A DNA stretch of 32,000 bases from an uncultured archaeon (GCA_964354495.1 CAYHAA010000001.1:427049-459048); one strand, 5' to 3'; positions 1-9,649 are shown, counted from the stretch's first letter. Program-made: numbers and translations. Notes: a model not told the origin generated them from the sequence alone.

Positions 1-3000
1 TTCACTTCATCATATGGCACTCAAATCAGAGATAGCTATAGCGTTGTTCTTTCCACAAGTGCATGGGCAATTGGATCTACGGACGTCACACTCTCAGCAG
101 TTATGGCAAGCTCGAACTACTATACTCCTGATCCTTACCAATACCAGATTAATATCCGGAAACATTACACTGCTATCAGTGTGACAGGGGGGTTGGTGAC
201 TCCATACGGAAATGTTACGCCTATCACTATTGTCATAACCGATCTTGACACGGGAACACTCCTCAGTGCGAGCGCAGTCAATGCCTTCCAATTCACTTCC
301 AGCTATGCTCCCTATTCTGAGAGCGATCCTATCTCAGACCTCTTCGTCGAACTGCCAACTGGAACCTGGCTTGTCGGAACCCATGCAGTGACCCTTCAGT
401 TGGCAATGAAGGGAACGTCGAACTACTACAATCCATCAAACTACGTATTCTCGATTATAGTCAGAAGCTTGAATACAGTTCTATACAACGCACCAAATGA
501 CCTTGTCTTCCCGAATGGCGATGATTTGATTGTTCTTCTCCAGTTTAATGTCAGCGAACCCGGATCTCACTATGGCGAAGCCATAACCGGTGTTCTCGAT
601 TCGGCCTTTTATGTGACGAATGCGACCCCATTTGTATATCCAAAGACAGTTGTTGGTCTCGGAAATGGCCTGTACCGCTTGACAATTTCGTCGATCTATT
701 TTGAAAGCGGGACATATACAATCATAATCACGGTATCACCTTCAAACCCGATTTATGCTCGGACAAGTATGTTGCTGACTTTCAGCTATCGCGCTGCGAG
801 AAGTGACTTGACCGCAAACCTGTACACTGTTTCAACACCATACAACCACAATGTGACCGTAACGCTCACGTACTATGACCTCGACAGAGCTATGGGAATA
901 GTCACTGGTGACATATTCTCACCCAGCACTTGGACTAGTTCCAGTCATACTGGCAACGGAGTCTATTCAGTTATCATCGGCCTCCATGGTTTCTCCGTAG
1001 GAACACATGTAATCAATCTAACAGCTCAGGAACCCAACTATGAAACAAAGAGTGTACTGATTACCGTCATTGTGACGAAAATCCATACAGACGCGGAACC
1101 AAGTGTCATCTCACTTGACATGCCAGTCGGAAACACAAAGGTGTTCTATATTGACCTCACGGATCTTGATAACGGCAAACCGATAGCAAGTGTGATTCCT
1201 ACGAATGATTGGCTTGGATCTGTCCCTATCTCTGTGATTTGGACCGGTACAAGATACGAGGTCACTTTTACAACTACCGGCTCTGATACGCTAGGTTTCT
1301 ATACCATTGCTTTCACTTTTGCCCCTGGTGCGAATTACTATAATGCCGTCTGTGAGATAGAGGTCGATGTACGAACACATGTCACAATATTCAGCCTTGT
1401 CAGTGCTGCGGAACCGACTCCCTTCAATGGAATCGTGAACATTTCCTTAAGGTACTATGACTGGGACAATAAGGCAGGCATTACAGATGATACGAACATA
1501 GAGGTACTTGTTTGGAACCAGACTAGTTGGATTTCGACCTTACTCGTAAATGGGGGAAGTGGATATTACACACTTCGAATCGATGCTAGCCTCTTTGGTA
1601 AGGGAATCCAGTATTTCGACATCTTCTTCAATTGGATTGGTCCAGTACAGCAGTTTGAGAACAAATCCATCGCTGCATCCGTCAACATCATAGGAGTATA
1701 TTCGCAGCTTGCGCTGCTTCTTGCCTCAGAACCAACACCCTACCTTGGTGTAATGAGCTATACCTTCCTCTATAGCGAGTTGAGCGGAATTGGAATCACA
1801 AACTCGACTGGAGATGTCCACATCTCCGTAAGCTTCGAGGGTGCGTCGGTGAACCTTGCACAAGTGACAATCGCTGAGGTCAATCCTGTGCTTCAGCCTG
1901 GCCGGTATACCGTTTCATTCAACACAACGATCTTCGGCAAGACCGGGCTCATCTACATGAATGTGTTCATCAATTGGACCTCTGGAGTAGCTCCATTCTA
2001 CATGAACAGGTTCGATGTGATATCTGTACGGGTTCTAGCTAGGGACACTCTACTCGCAGTGTTGCCCCCATCGACGACTTCCTATGGAGAAAATGCCACT
2101 TTCACCTTTTCCTTTGATGATGTCACAGGTGGGAGCAGTATCCCTGTCGGTGACGACCCTGCCCTTTCAGTAAGTCTGAACCTTGCTGACTACTCGCTGA
2201 CCTACAACGGAGTCACGCATTTATTCACAGTATCATTCAACACGAGCCAATTTGGAGCACCTCTTGGTCAGAAGTCCTTCACGCTTGGTGTGACTTGGTC
2301 CGGAGCGCCTTTCTACGCCAATCAGACGGGCCGAGTCATCTTCATAACAGTGACTGCGAGACAGACAGTCCTAGATTTTCAATCTCCCGCACCGACATCG
2401 TACTTGGATACTGTGACTATTACCCTAGAGTGGACTGATGTAACGAGCAATCCTACAACCGGTATATCGGGTGCAACACTTCAGCTCTATGATGTTACAG
2501 GTGCCGCATTCATTCCAGGTGCCTATTATACTGTTCAATGGATATCGGGAGGTCAGTATGAGGTAGTGTTCAACACCAGCTATTACTCGGCTCCGAGTAC
2601 ATACAGCCTGAGGGTCTACCTATCCACTCCCGAGTTCTACATTCCCGACGTCTCTGCAACACGATCCTTCAGTGTACGATACAGGCTCACTCTCTTGTCT
2701 GCTGAGCCGATAGGGCTTGTACCCTACAACTCAACACTCGTCTACACGCTCAACTTCCAAGACCTCGATACCCTCGAGACCATCTCCAGCAATAGTGACG
2801 AGGTGTCAATTACAGTGTTGGATGCAGGATGGATCTACAATGTTGTGTGGGTACCAGCATTCCAACACTATGTTCTTACAATAGAGACCTACAACCATCC
2901 TGAACTTCTCAAAGGTGTAAAATACTCTCTACACATACAAGCGAGCTTTGCCTATCAGTCCCCATTCTATGGTTCAGATGATGCATACATCACATTCGAA

Positions 3001-6000
3001 CTGAGATCGAGGCGTTCAAATCTTGTCGTGGATGACTCTCCGGATCCAGTCGCCTATCTGGAGAGCGCTGTCTTCAGAGTGTACTATATCGATGTCGACA
3101 GCTCGACAGGAATCACTGCAACCAGCCTAAATGTGCTCAAAGGTATCATTCCCTTGGTTCAAGGCACTGACTACGTTCTGACCTATCAAGGGAGTGGATA
3201 CTATCTGATATCAGTAAACTCAACCAAACTAGATGGGCTTGGGCTGACATCCCTCACTGTGCAGGCAATATGGAATCCTGCAACGTCTCCCTATCATGAT
3301 AGTGCCTCCGTTGAAGTTAGTGTATATGTAACCAGAAGAGAGGCAAATGTGGAGATTACCATTCCTCCGGTTCAGACCAAGTTCCTGGATGATGTTGTGT
3401 TCACTTTCGTTTACAGGGATCTTCGAAGCGGCATTGCAATTGGGACAATAAGCTCTGCGAATGTTGCCATATGGGCTGGTGGTCTGTTGCTGGCGCCATC
3501 GCAGTATGCTATTACCCAATTAGGGTCGAGTCTTACGGTCAGCGTGAACTCGTCTACCCTGAGTTCGACGTTGGTGACGAGCTTCAATGTCACTGTTCGT
3601 GTTGACTGGAACGATGGTCTTGCACCATATTATATTGATGACTCAACTATTGTGAGGGTCACAACGACCAATAGACGAATGTCCTATGCTGTTCTTCCAG
3701 CAGAAGAGGCTGCATACGGTGAGTTGTTGAACCTTTCGTTCAGCATTAAAGACGCTGACTCTGACAAGGCAGTTGTATTGATACCTGGAAATATCCTCTT
3801 CAATGGGAAGACTGTGATTTTAGTGGAAGGTGTTGACTTCTGGATCGACTTCTCACAGGCATCCCTAGGTCGGTACACAGTTACAATCGATACTATCTCT
3901 GTCGGTCTGCCAAACACCTATCTGTTCAATCTATACGTGAATTGGAATCCTGCCACCCAGCCTTACTACTTGAGTCTCACACCAGTTAGCCCTCTAGAGA
4001 TGACTGGAGTCATACTGAAGATCGATACCCTCCTCTTACATATGGGCTCCGATCCCGAGGAAGCAATATGGGGGGAGCAGATAGCTATTCAGGTGAACTA
4101 CACGAATCTAGTATTCGGAAACCTGACAACGGGTGCTAATGTCACTTGGGCATGGCCGGCAGCTGGGATTGAATTAGGTCCCACTGGCGATGTGATGGGC
4201 GATGGTGTGTATACCGCGAACATTGATACGAGTCTTGCCGATGCTGGAACCTACATTATCACATTCAGAGCATCTGGACTTGTAGCATACAAGGTTGCAT
4301 TTGCTTACGTCACTCTTGTTGTTAGAGCGGTCGACAGTGACATCGTTCCGATTAATCCTACTGACCCAGTAGTCCTCATCAACAGAGGAGCAGCTTTACC
4401 TATCACAATTATGCTTGAGGATGGAGCTGGTAGTCCCATATCCAATGTCTATGTGTACGAAGTGAGAGCTACCATTGAGGGAGCCACCTTCTTCTTCTCA
4501 TACACCGGTACTCCCGGTCAGTATTCAGTCACGCTGCCGGAGAATAGTGAAGATGCTACGAAGAAAGCTCCAGGTCCTTACACCATCATTGTCACGGCGA
4601 GCATGCGAAACTACGATCCTGCTGCATATTCATTCAAGATACAGGTCCTGCAGACCTCTACCGCAGTTCTTCTCACGGGTGGGACGACCTCAGATATCAC
4701 CCGGACGTACACTGAGAATGTGACTGTCTATGTGCAACTGGTTCTTCCAACTGAGGGTAACACGCCCTTCGAGAACGCAACTGTCGAATGGATTGTTGTA
4801 GACACTAGCATTCGTGGTAGTTTCACTCACCTCACGAATGGTAATTTCTCCGCAACCATCAGGACAATTACTGTCGGATTTGGCATATGGACAATCGTCT
4901 TCAGGGCTACACCGTTTGAGAATGCCTCTGTATATGCCAGTTCACAGACAGCAGTCTCGTTTGCCATACGACGTATTCAAACAAGTTCTATTCCGCCAGC
5001 GACTCGTGACTTCAAATGGGGCTGGGCTGGGAATCTTGAGTTCATCTACTGGGATGAGACCTTCGATGTCGGGATTGCTGGTGCAAACGTGGAAATTGAG
5101 CTACCCGGACTGGAGAGTGTGGTTGTTGACATAGGAAACGGAACCTATCTTGTCTTCTTCAATACCTCACTCCTTCGGGCGGGTAGTTCTTACATTCCGC
5201 TTCCTGTGTCATTTAGCAAAGCTAATTACCTGCCTTCCAGCTCCACTATCAATATCAGGGTCTTGGAGGTCCCCACAGACATCTATGTAGATGGTGTTGT
5301 TTATACACCGAGTTATGCAGGTGACCTTGAGATAGCACAAACAAAGGACTCATACGATTTCGAGATACCATTCGGTGACCTAATGGCTATTGATTTCTTC
5401 TACAATGATACAGACAACTCAGACGGATTCGTGGGAGGATTGCCTGGCGCCATAGCTTCCGCTAACAGCTATCTGCGGGGGCCCTCAATTGTGAGCTACC
5501 TGAACGTGACAGCCATCCATCTGGGCAACGGACTCTATAGAGTTGTCTTCGATACAGCAGATTCGTTTCTAGCTGCATTCATCAGTGCTGAGCCATATCG
5601 CCTGTATATCGAGATGAGTCTGGGCAACAGAAGTTCCACGTTCATCCTCTTCAGAATTGTAGTGATCAACGTCAGAACCTCACTCACAATTGTCAGTTTG
5701 CCCAGTAATGGGAATGTGACTAATGGAGAAGCCTATGTAATCGAACTCCTCTACTTTGATACATGGCATGAGATTGGAATCAATGGTGCGACCGTAAGTG
5801 CAAATGTGAGCGCTGGTGCTTCATTTACAGCAACGATTTATGAAGGGTCAGTTCTTGGTCAATACTTCATTAGTATCGGCTCTCGTGGCATCATGCTCGG
5901 CCCAAGTTCTGGAGCACTGTCTGTTCGTATTGACCAAGAGTATTGCGACTTTGGTGTTCAGCTAATGGTGTTGAATGTAAAGCAGAATGGAATCGATGAA

Positions 6001-6807
6001 ACAGTGGAGATGGTCGTAACCTTTGGGGTTCCATCTATCTTCATTGTGATGTTGCTTCTTGGCGCTTATGTCAAAGTCTGGAGCGTTCCCAAACGAATCC
6101 GTCAGATTAGTCGCCAAATCAAGACTGTCCACAAGGGAAAGGTACCCAAACCAGTCGCAGATGTGAAGAGTAGACAGGAACTGCTGCTGACCCTCTTCAA
6201 CGATACCTTTAGTGAAACTGGTATCGTTCGTACATCGGACGAGATGCCTGAAGAATCGGTTCCTGTCGCAGTGCCTGAGCTCGGTGAATTGCTCATACAA
6301 CTCGCAATTCTGACAAAGCTGAATGCAAAAGAACTTGATGACTTCAAGGCGGACATCTCGAAGATGAAGATGAGTGAACAGGCTGCATTCGTCAAAGAAG
6401 TGATCATGCAAGAGGCTATTCGAGCCGCACGAAGGGACAACAAGACCATCGAGCAAGTTCTTGCAGATCTCCATGCTCAAGCCTCTAAACGAGTTGCCGG
6501 TGAAGCAGTCACTGAGGTAGAAGCAGCAGAAGCTGAGGAGCCGGAAGTCGAGAGGGTCATTCTCGGATCTGAGGAACCTCCGATTGCCACCAAGCCACAC
6601 ATCCTCTTTGAAGAGCCTCAATCCGTCAAAGGGGGAGACTTCGAGTTCCCGAGTGATCGTCTCAGTTCGTTCGAGATTGATGAGCTGAAGAAGAACTTGA
6701 TAGCAAAAGGAGTACCCCGCACTGAGATCGATACGATCATCCAGCAAGCAAAAGAGCTACCGCGTGATTTGGTTGAGGAACTTATAAGTAGCATCACGAG
6801 GGACTGA
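1..6807 (+). CDS. Giant single-pass surface (glyco)protein with tandem Ig-like beta-sandwich repeats, a C-terminal TM helix and a ~244-aa cytoplasmic tail; 5'-truncated by the window edge
   Basis: Frame 1 has no stop from base 1 (FTSSYGTQIRDS...) to TGA at 6805-6807, so ATG 103 is internal. About 17 repeats of the pattern R/T-x-x-T-x-L...P...Y/F-G...F-x-Y-x-D...G-I...GNG-x-Y. Many N-x-S/T sequons. TM helix VVTFGVPSIFIVMLLLGAYV at ~6013-6072, followed by a basic stop-transfer segment. Confidence 0.9.
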   Translation, partial: FTSSYGTQIRDSYSVVLSTSAWAIGSTDVTLSAVMASSNYYTPDPYQYQINIRKHYTAISVTGGLVTPYGNVTPITIVITDLDTGTLLSASAVNAFQFTSSYAPYSESDPISDLFVELPTGTWLVGTHAVTLQLAMKGTSNYYNPSNYVFSIIVRSLNTVLYNAPNDLVFPNGDDLIVLLQFNVSEPGSHYGEAITGVLDSAFYVTNATPFVYPKTVVGLGNGLYRLTISSIYFESGTYTIIITVSPSNPIYARTSMLLTFSYRAARSDLTANLYTVSTPYNHNVTVTLTYYDLDRAMGIVTGDIFSPSTWTSSSHTGNGVYSVIIGLHGFSVGTHVINLTAQEPNYETKSVLITVIVTKIHTDAEPSVISLDMPVGNTKVFYIDLTDLDNGKPIASVIPTNDWLGSVPISVIWTGTRYEVTFTTTGSDTLGFYTIAFTFAPGANYYNAVCEIEVDVRTHVTIFSLVSAAEPTPFNGIVNISLRYYDWDNKAGITDDTNIEVLVWNQTSWISTLLVNGGSGYYTLRIDASLFGKGIQYFDIFFNWIGPVQQFENKSIAASVNIIGVYSQLALLLASEPTPYLGVMSYTFLYSELSGIGITNSTGDVHISVSFEGASVNLAQVTIAEVNPVLQPGRYTVSFNTTIFGKTGLIYMNVFINWTSGVAPFYMNRFDVISVRVLARDTLLAVLPPSTTSYGENATFTFSFDDVTGGSSIPVGDDPALSVSLNLADYSLTYNGVTHLFTVSFNTSQFGAPLGQKSFTLGVTWSGAPFYANQTGRVIFITVTARQTVLDFQSPAPTSYLDTVTITLEWTDVTSNPTTGISGATLQLYDVTGAAFIPGAYYTVQWISGGQYEVVFNTSYYSAPSTYSLRVYLSTPEFYIPDVSATRSFSVRYRLTLLSAEPIGLVPYNSTLVYTLNFQDLDTLETISSNSDEVSITVLDAGWIYNVVWVPAFQHYVLTIETYNHPELLKGVKYSLHIQASFAYQSPFYGSDDAYITFELRSRRSNLVVDDSPDPVAYLESAVFRVYYIDVDSSTGITATSLNVLKGIIPLVQGTDYVLTYQGSGYYLISVNSTKLDGLGLTSLTVQAIWNPATSPYHDSASVEVSVYVTRREANVEITIPPVQTKFLDDVVFTFVYRDLRSGIAIGTISSANVAIWAGGLLLAPSQYAITQLGSSLTVSVNSSTLSSTLVTSFNVTVRVDWNDGLAPYYIDDSTIVRVTTTNRRMSYAVLPAEEAAYGELLNLSFSIKDADSDKAVVLIPGNILFNGKTVILVEGVDFWIDFSQASLGRYTVTIDTISVGLPNTYLFNLYVNWNPATQPYYLSLTPVSPLEMTGVILKIDTLLLHMGSDPEEAIWGEQIAIQVNYTNLVFGNLTTGANVTWAWPAAGIELGPTGDVMGDGVYTANIDTSLADAGTYIITFRASGLVAYKVAFAYVTLVVRAVDSDIVPINPTDPVVLINRGAALPITIMLEDGAGSPISNVYVYEVRATIEGATFFFSYTGTPGQYSVTLPENSEDATKKAPGPYTIIVTASMRNYDPAAYSFKIQVLQTSTAVLLTGGTTSDITRTYTENVTVYVQLVLPTEGNTPFENATVEWIVVDTSIRGSFTHLTNGNFSATIRTITVGFGIWTIVFRATPFENASVYASSQTAVSFAIRRIQTSSIPPATRDFKWGWAGNLEFIYWDETFDVGIAGANVEIELPGLESVVVDIGNGTYLVFFNTSLLRAGSSYIPLPVSFSKANYLPSSSTINIRVLEVPTDIYVDGVVYTPSYAGDLEIAQTKDSYDFEIPFGDLMAIDFFYNDTDNSDGFVGGLPGAIASANSYLRGPSIVSYLNVTAIHLGNGLYRVVFDTADSFLAAFISAEPYRLYIEMSLGNRSSTFILFRIVVINVRTSLTIVSLPSNGNVTNGEAYVIELLYFDTWHEIGINGATVSANVSAGASFTATIYEGSVLGQYFISIGSRGIMLGPSSGALSVRIDQEYCDFGVQLMVLNVKQNGIDETVEMVVTFGVPSIFIVMLLLGAYVKVWSVPKRIRQISRQIKTVHKGKVPKPVADVKSRQELLLTLFNDTFSETGIVRTSDEMPEESVPVAVPELGELLIQLAILTKLNAKELDDFKADISKMKMSEQAAFVKEVIMQEAIRAARRDNKTIEQVLADLHAQASKRVAGEAVTEVEAAEAEEPEVERVILGSEEPPIATKPHILFEEPQSVKGGDFEFPSDRLSSFEIDELKKNLIAKGVPRTEIDTIIQQAKELPRDLVEELISSITRD

Positions 6808-6818
6808 GCCGCAAAGTA

Positions 6819-7586
6819 CTAAGTCCAGGACTCATCACCACTCCCTCCTAGAAAACAGGAGAGAGGAAGAGTACCACTCCTGCTCCTCGGTACGGCTCGC
6901 GAGGCGCTCCTGACTGGGAACTGGGGATGCTTAGTGAGGGTGTACCTCACATACGACTTGGTTCCTTTAACATAGATATGCACTTGGCAACTGCTAGCAA
7001 GAGACCTTCCCCCTGCAGGTGAATTCTTGCTTCTCTGTGAGGCTGGAGCTGAGATGAATGTGAAGAGGTCTCTCTGGAGTGTGAAGGTCATAAGCCGCGA
7101 GGCCATGTGGGACATCTGCTGAAGTCCCTCGTTATTGAGACCCTCCTCAATGTAGAGGTTGGGCAAACCGGTCACCATGAGGGTCCTTGCGGGTATTCTC
7201 TTGAAGAAGCTGTCAAGCTGATTCATGACGAGGTCATAGGTCTGTGACGAGTTGAATGCTCTCGATATGTATATTCGATCCATCACATCCTCGGGATCCA
7301 GCTCCAGCTCATAAGAGATCTCAGTCAGCCGCTCTATTCTGATTATGTTTGCACTATCGATGATTATTACCGGGGCTCCTGTTCCACCCCTCTCCTGAGA
7401 CATCTGCACTGTCACTGCACACCTGAGAAGGTCATCGTGGGGACAGTGATCTCCGTAGTATAAATGGGTAAGACCTGCTTCGGCGCCTCCTTCCAGCAGA
7501 CTGTCCAATGCAGTGGTACCCAATGATGTCTTCACTCGTCTGACCGCATCTGCGGTGAAGAATTCTGGTCTGATTCGTGCTTCCAT
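6819..7586 (-). CDS. RadA/RecA-fold protein, probably catalytically inactive, without the N-terminal HhH domain
   Basis: GTTALDSLLEGG, IIIDSAN...ERL and LDPEDVMDRIYISRAFNS match the RadA core. Walker A is replaced by YGDHCPHDD and Walker B by LMVTG. Start is ATG 7586 (TTG 7595 is an alternative), with a TATA-like TTATAA ~25 nt upstream. Confidence 0.85.
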   Translation of the reverse strand: MEARIRPEFFTADAVRRVKTSLGTTALDSLLEGGAEAGLTHLYYGDHCPHDDLLRCAVTVQMSQERGGTGAPVIIIDSANIIRIERLTEISYELELDPEDVMDRIYISRAFNSSQTYDLVMNQLDSFFKRIPARTLMVTGLPNLYIEEGLNNEGLQQMSHMASRLMTFTLQRDLFTFISAPASQRSKNSPAGGRSLASSCQVHIYVKGTKSYVRYTLTKHPQFPVRSASRAVPRSRSGTLPLSCFLGGSGDESWT

Positions 7587-7712
7587 CTCACACAATATTC
7601 CGGTCGAGGTTATAAGAAGACCACAGAATACGGCAGGAATCCCCTTCTCCCCGCAAGCAATGGTTTTAAGCGGCTTACAGAAAGTAATAGCATAACGCCG
7701 GGAGAATACAAG

Positions 7713-7925
7713 TTGGGTGCAAGGAAGGTCAGGGTCTGCCCGAGGTGTGGCTCACCTAATATCAAAGAGAACAAGACTTCTGTCAACGGCTGGTTGGTTC
7801 CGACAACCTACTACTGTGGAGAATCGGGTTGTGGTTACTCTGGACCCGGTCTTATAGAGGTCGATGCTGAAGAGGTTGAGACTCTCAGGCGGGTAATGAA
7901 TGGCAAGTCTTCCGCTAATAATTGA
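7713..7925 (+). CDS. Small Zn-ribbon protein (CPRC...CGESGC)
   Basis: 70 aa with a TTG start, two Cys pairs and a layout typical of archaeal small zinc-finger proteins; a TTTTAA box lies upstream. Confidence 0.7.
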   Translation: MGARKVRVCPRCGSPNIKENKTSVNGWLVPTTYYCGESGCGYSGPGLIEVDAEEVETLRRVMNGKSSANN

Positions 7926-8004
7926 TGACGGCAAGAGCGGCATTCACCACAGAGCAAAGGCCTTAAGTAGTACATCATACGATTGGCTATTTGGTGACTA
8001 TACC

Positions 8005-8430
8005 ATGGTAAAACACGACGGTTTCGATTTTCCTGATAATCTGTTCTACACCACAGACCAGATCTGGACTAAGAAGGAGGGCGACAAGGTTCGCATCGGC
8101 TTCACTACGTTTGGAATGGACCTCGCTGGCAAGATTAAGTTTGTAAGGCTTCGCCCAGCTGGCAAGGACATTGAGGCTGGACGTAGTATTGGTACGTTAG
8201 AGAGTGGCAAGTGGACCGGTCCTGTCAAGGCTCCCGTGAGCGGCACCATCACAGAAGTGAACGAAGCACTGAAGGATAATCCCGGCCTTCTAAACCAAGA
8301 CCCATATGGCAAGGGGTGGGTTGCAGTTCTCAAGCCATCAAACCTCGCCGCAGAAATTGGCAAACTCCAAGGTGCTGCTGGATTAGATACTTGGATCAAG
8401 AAGGAATTTGCTGAGAAGCGCCCCAAATAG
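8005..8430 (+). CDS. gcvH: Glycine cleavage H-protein-like lipoyl carrier
   Basis: FPDNLFYTTDQIW, GTLESGKWTGPVKAPVSG (lipoyl Lys), NQDPYGKGW. Start is ATG 8005 with a GGTGA SD at 7993-7997, not 7900. Confidence 0.93.
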   Translation: MVKHDGFDFPDNLFYTTDQIWTKKEGDKVRIGFTTFGMDLAGKIKFVRLRPAGKDIEAGRSIGTLESGKWTGPVKAPVSGTITEVNEALKDNPGLLNQDPYGKGWVAVLKPSNLAAEIGKLQGAAGLDTWIKKEFAEKRPK

Positions 8431-8451
8431 ATAGCGGATTAATAAGAGAAT

Positions 8452-8468
8452 GGCCGGTCGTTCCGGCC
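8452..8468. terminator. GC hairpin between the convergent gcvH and cdc6-like genes
   Basis: GGCCGG-TCGTT-CCGGCC followed by a pyrimidine-rich tract on + and an A-rich tract on the other side. Confidence 0.55.
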
Positions 8469-8484
8469 TTCCTTCATTCTATTC

Positions 8485-9621
8485 TTATTTTCCTTTGGCT
8501 AGCTCGCGTCTTAGACTGACTGCTGCCTCATAGAGTATGTCTGGAGGCGCAAGAACATAGAGAAGGTTTCTAGAGTATCCCGACTCGAAGATTATGCTCT
8601 GAAAAATCAGTGTCTGGAGGCTCCTATCGACGTCCTCTGCCACATACTTGACGCCCAGTTCCTCACACTTGATGACAATCAGTTCGTTGAGTGTGGCCCT
8701 ATCAATGTAGGTTTCTGTCTTGTAATGCATTAAGTGCTCACAGAGCGCCTCGAGAACCAAGAGCGTCATGAAGTCATTCATGCTGATGGTATCAATGAGA
8801 TCCATGTAGTCACCGTCGTGAGCAAAGGTAGTGATGCTCGATGTTGCACTTCTCACAGCATCGGAATCTATCTCTTGACCTTGAGCGGCGAGCGGCCATA
8901 ATGCCTTCAGAGCTTCAATTGACGTCTTTGGCTTTGAAGCATCGAACTCCACGACAAGATCTGTGATGTACCGTATTACTTCCTCAGTAAGGCCAAGAGG
9001 AAAAGTATCCTCCACACGCGTTCTCACGATTTCATAGAGCTGTGACTGTGTGTAGGTGTCAAGTGGAATCTCGAAATCGTATGCCATTTGAGTTGCAGGA
9101 CCCTTTGTCAGCAATCTGTAATCATGGCTGTTGAGAACACCAATAGTGCTTGCATTAATCTCCTTTGACATCCTCGCGAGTCTCTTGTAGACCTCTTCGT
9201 TGGTTTCGTCAATGTTATCCAGAACAAATACTGTTCTCCTATCTGTCGTCGTGGCTGTTCTCTTAAATTGCATCCATAGCACGTCGAGATCAAAGGCGAC
9301 CGTGATAGGCTTGTTTGTTTCCTGATGGATCTTGTCGTTCAGCTCTGATACGATCTCCAGTATGTCTTTGTGTTTTGCATCCACATAGACCGTGTGAGCA
9401 TTGAACTGCTGTGGCACAAGTTTCGTCAGGAAGTATCTTGAGAAGACGGTCATTCCCACTCCGGTTATTCCATGTACAAGACAGTTGACACCGTACTCCT
9501 CTTCGAATGAGTCCTTGTAAACACCGTTGACAGTGTCCATCTCCCTGTCTCTATAGAGGAGTTTGTCAGGAACGTAATAGGGGTCGAATAGACCCTTGGG
9601 ACTACGATGTGTACGGACCAT
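8485..9621 (-). CDS. cdc6: Cdc6/Orc1-family AAA+/winged-helix protein with degenerate ATPase motifs
   Basis: LFDPYYVPDKLLYRDREM N-terminus; Walker A GITGVGMT; Walker B VLDNID; YTQSQLYEIVRTR; C-terminal winged-helix-like region. ATG 9621 is preferred because TTTATATA (minus strand, 9650-9657) lies ~30 nt upstream. Confidence 0.88.
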   Translation of the reverse strand: MVRTHRSPKGLFDPYYVPDKLLYRDREMDTVNGVYKDSFEEEYGVNCLVHGITGVGMTVFSRYFLTKLVPQQFNAHTVYVDAKHKDILEIVSELNDKIHQETNKPITVAFDLDVLWMQFKRTATTTDRRTVFVLDNIDETNEEVYKRLARMSKEINASTIGVLNSHDYRLLTKGPATQMAYDFEIPLDTYTQSQLYEIVRTRVEDTFPLGLTEEVIRYITDLVVEFDASKPKTSIEALKALWPLAAQGQEIDSDAVRSATSSITTFAHDGDYMDLIDTISMNDFMTLLVLEALCEHLMHYKTETYIDRATLNELIVIKCEELGVKYVAEDVDRSLQTLIFQSIIFESGYSRNLLYVLAPPDILYEAAVSLRRELAKGK

Positions 9622-9649
9622 TCCAATCAGACCCTCGTCTCTTCGTGTG

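Noticed and set aside
103-105. ATG 103 as the start of the giant protein
   Set aside because: The frame is open from base 1 and there is no signal peptide at this Met; the gene begins upstream of the window.
5962-6747. 261-aa minus-strand ORF (and the nested 6102-6449 ORF)
   Set aside because: Antisense shadow of the giant protein tail; no motifs.
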